The position numbers and the translations under genes were made by a program. A DNA stretch of 63,574 bases, filler included, from Octopus bimaculoides (taxonomy: Eukaryota), in assembly GCF_001194135.2 (NCBI RefSeq). It is 7 parts of 7 records of this genome, joined end to end, with 100 filler letters (N's around TTAATTAATTAA, not from the genome) between each part and the next. Parts side by side here need not be neighbours in the genome. Positions count along the whole stretch, not along the records: positions 62,197 to 63,574 come from NC_068987.1; 6 more parts are not named here. One strand, 5' to 3'. Each line of letters opens with the position of its first letter. The stretch's first letter is position 1. The notes under the pieces were generated by a model. That model was not told the DNA's origin, searched no databases, and saw only the letters and a list, made by a program, of their open reading frames with translations. Positions 62,215-63,574 of the stretch are shown piece after piece.

Positions 62215-62615
62215 CAGGGTTGGCCAAAGGTCACCCGCCAGTAAATCAAAGTTCCATAAAAGCTATTTGTAATTCTATATTGACTCGAATGGAAAAATGT
62301 GTCGCTCAAGAAGGACTTCAGTTTGAACAATTTTCATGATGTTTCATACTTAGATGCTTTTATTAAATTCATTCAGTTGTTAAACAAATAAATCTTGGAA
62401 TTAAATGGTTTTGATTTACGTCATGTCTCAAGCTACTGCTATCTAGCGCCTTCGGATGATCTCTACTCAACCGCTACACAACTGCTACTCGACTGCTACT
62501 CAATACGCCTACCACGGCCAGACTACCTTTATTTATATGTCTTGGGCGATCATACTTCTTCGCTTGGGGGCGTCGACACAACAATTTACTGTCAGGTGAC
62601 ATTTGACCATCCCTG
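62215..62615 (+). mobile_element. Tc1/mariner non-autonomous element, about 400 bp
   Basis: TIRs cagggttggccaaaggtcacccg / caggtgacatttgaccatccctg, TA on the right; retains the transposase tail ICNSILTRMEKCVAQEGLQFEQ. Confidence 0.8.
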
Positions 62616-62929
62616 TACGTAGTGGCTATTTAAGCAATGAGTCCATGGATGATTAAATGGTTGGATGAATACTGATGAAGGAGCAAAAACTCCTGAAGTA
62701 TGGCATATATGCCCATAACCAATTTTTCATCTTCGATCTAATTGTTTGTCTACATCTGACGTGTCGGATACGAAACGTTCTCACAAGATCAGTGCTGGCT
62801 ATAATTTCTAAAGAAAATCTGTAGAGATAACCTCAACAGGTGATGTAATGGCACTGCTAACACAGTAGTACACGGTATTGACTAATAAAAACGATTTTCT
62901 ATACTTTGTAGTATACTATGGTTGCGTAA

Positions 62930-63500
62930 CGAAATACGATGTCCCTGCAAGTCATCAACGTTTATAGAAAATCGTACAACCTAATTCCACACTCGGTGAT
63001 CAAAGAGTGTCTTAAATTGGTCAAGGTCTCGAAAAAAGATTGGTGTCTGTCAGAAACTGTATAGCGGCATTATAGAGTAGAGTTAACATGGAAAGGTGGG
63101 GCAAGATTAACCCTTATACAGATCGGAAGAGGAATCTTCTAAGGGGATAGCTTGTTTGTAATTGCACGGATTCCTTTGTTGATTACACTACACAAAGATA
63201 AGGAAGAATATTCGTTGGGAAACCATGAATCGTCTATTTATGGCAATAATGAAGACTAACCGGACATTTTAGTGCAAAGAGTGAGAATATTTAGAAAAGA
63301 AGAAAAATGTGCTATGATAGTGTTGAGGCAAGGAAAACCTATCAAAAGAGAGAGTGCTGGAATAAAGCTACTTAATATAAAATTATTAAACAGGCGCTGG
63401 CGTGAATTTGTGACAAGACGTTTACTTCCTAAACACATGGCTCGGGTTCAGTTCCATTGCGTGAAATCTTAGGCAAGTGTCTTCTACTCTAGCTTCGTGC
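62930..63500 (+). mobile_element. R4/Dong RT fragment, + strand
   Basis: YRKSYNLIPHSVIKECLKLVKVS..RVELT..IGRGIF.GDSLFVIA.IPL. Confidence 0.75.
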
Positions 63501-63574
63501 CGACCGAAGCCTTGTGAGTGCACTTCGTAGATAGAAACTGAAAGAAGCCCATCGTATATGTATATATATATATA

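Overview
AT-rich animal genomic DNA, most likely an octopus/cephalopod (inferred from the SINE and RTE repeat families, not from a search). It is a draft scaffold: six artificial 100-bp joins (44N-TTAATTAATTAA-44N) and four sized N gaps split it into separate contigs. Two host genes are visible as + strand exons. Three exons belong to a KCNQ1 (Kv7.1)-type potassium channel (7616-7711, 8217-8442, 23777-23900). Six consecutive, phase-compatible exons belong to FANCI (28772-41049). Both genes are partial and lie on different contigs. Nearly everything else is a dense mosaic of decayed transposons: R4/Dong, RTE, CR1/L2, L1/Tx1 and Penelope retroelements, Gypsy-type LTR elements, MULE, Chapaev-like, maT, mariner/Tc1, hAT MITE, Helitron/Helentron-type elements, tRNA-derived SINEs and microsatellites. 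I found no intact transposase or RT ORF, no CRISPR array and no real tRNA/rRNA gene. I cannot support a wholly new system. The best leads are the (ATT)n-seeded SINE/Dong islands, a modular hairpin array in an RTE 3' UTR, inverted RTE pairs bracketing FANCI exons, a MULE with a one-sided 16-bp terminal array, a foldback structure and a degenerate hammerhead-like motif. Transposon boundaries are approximate unless termini are quoted. Comparisons to human proteins and exon boundaries are from memory.
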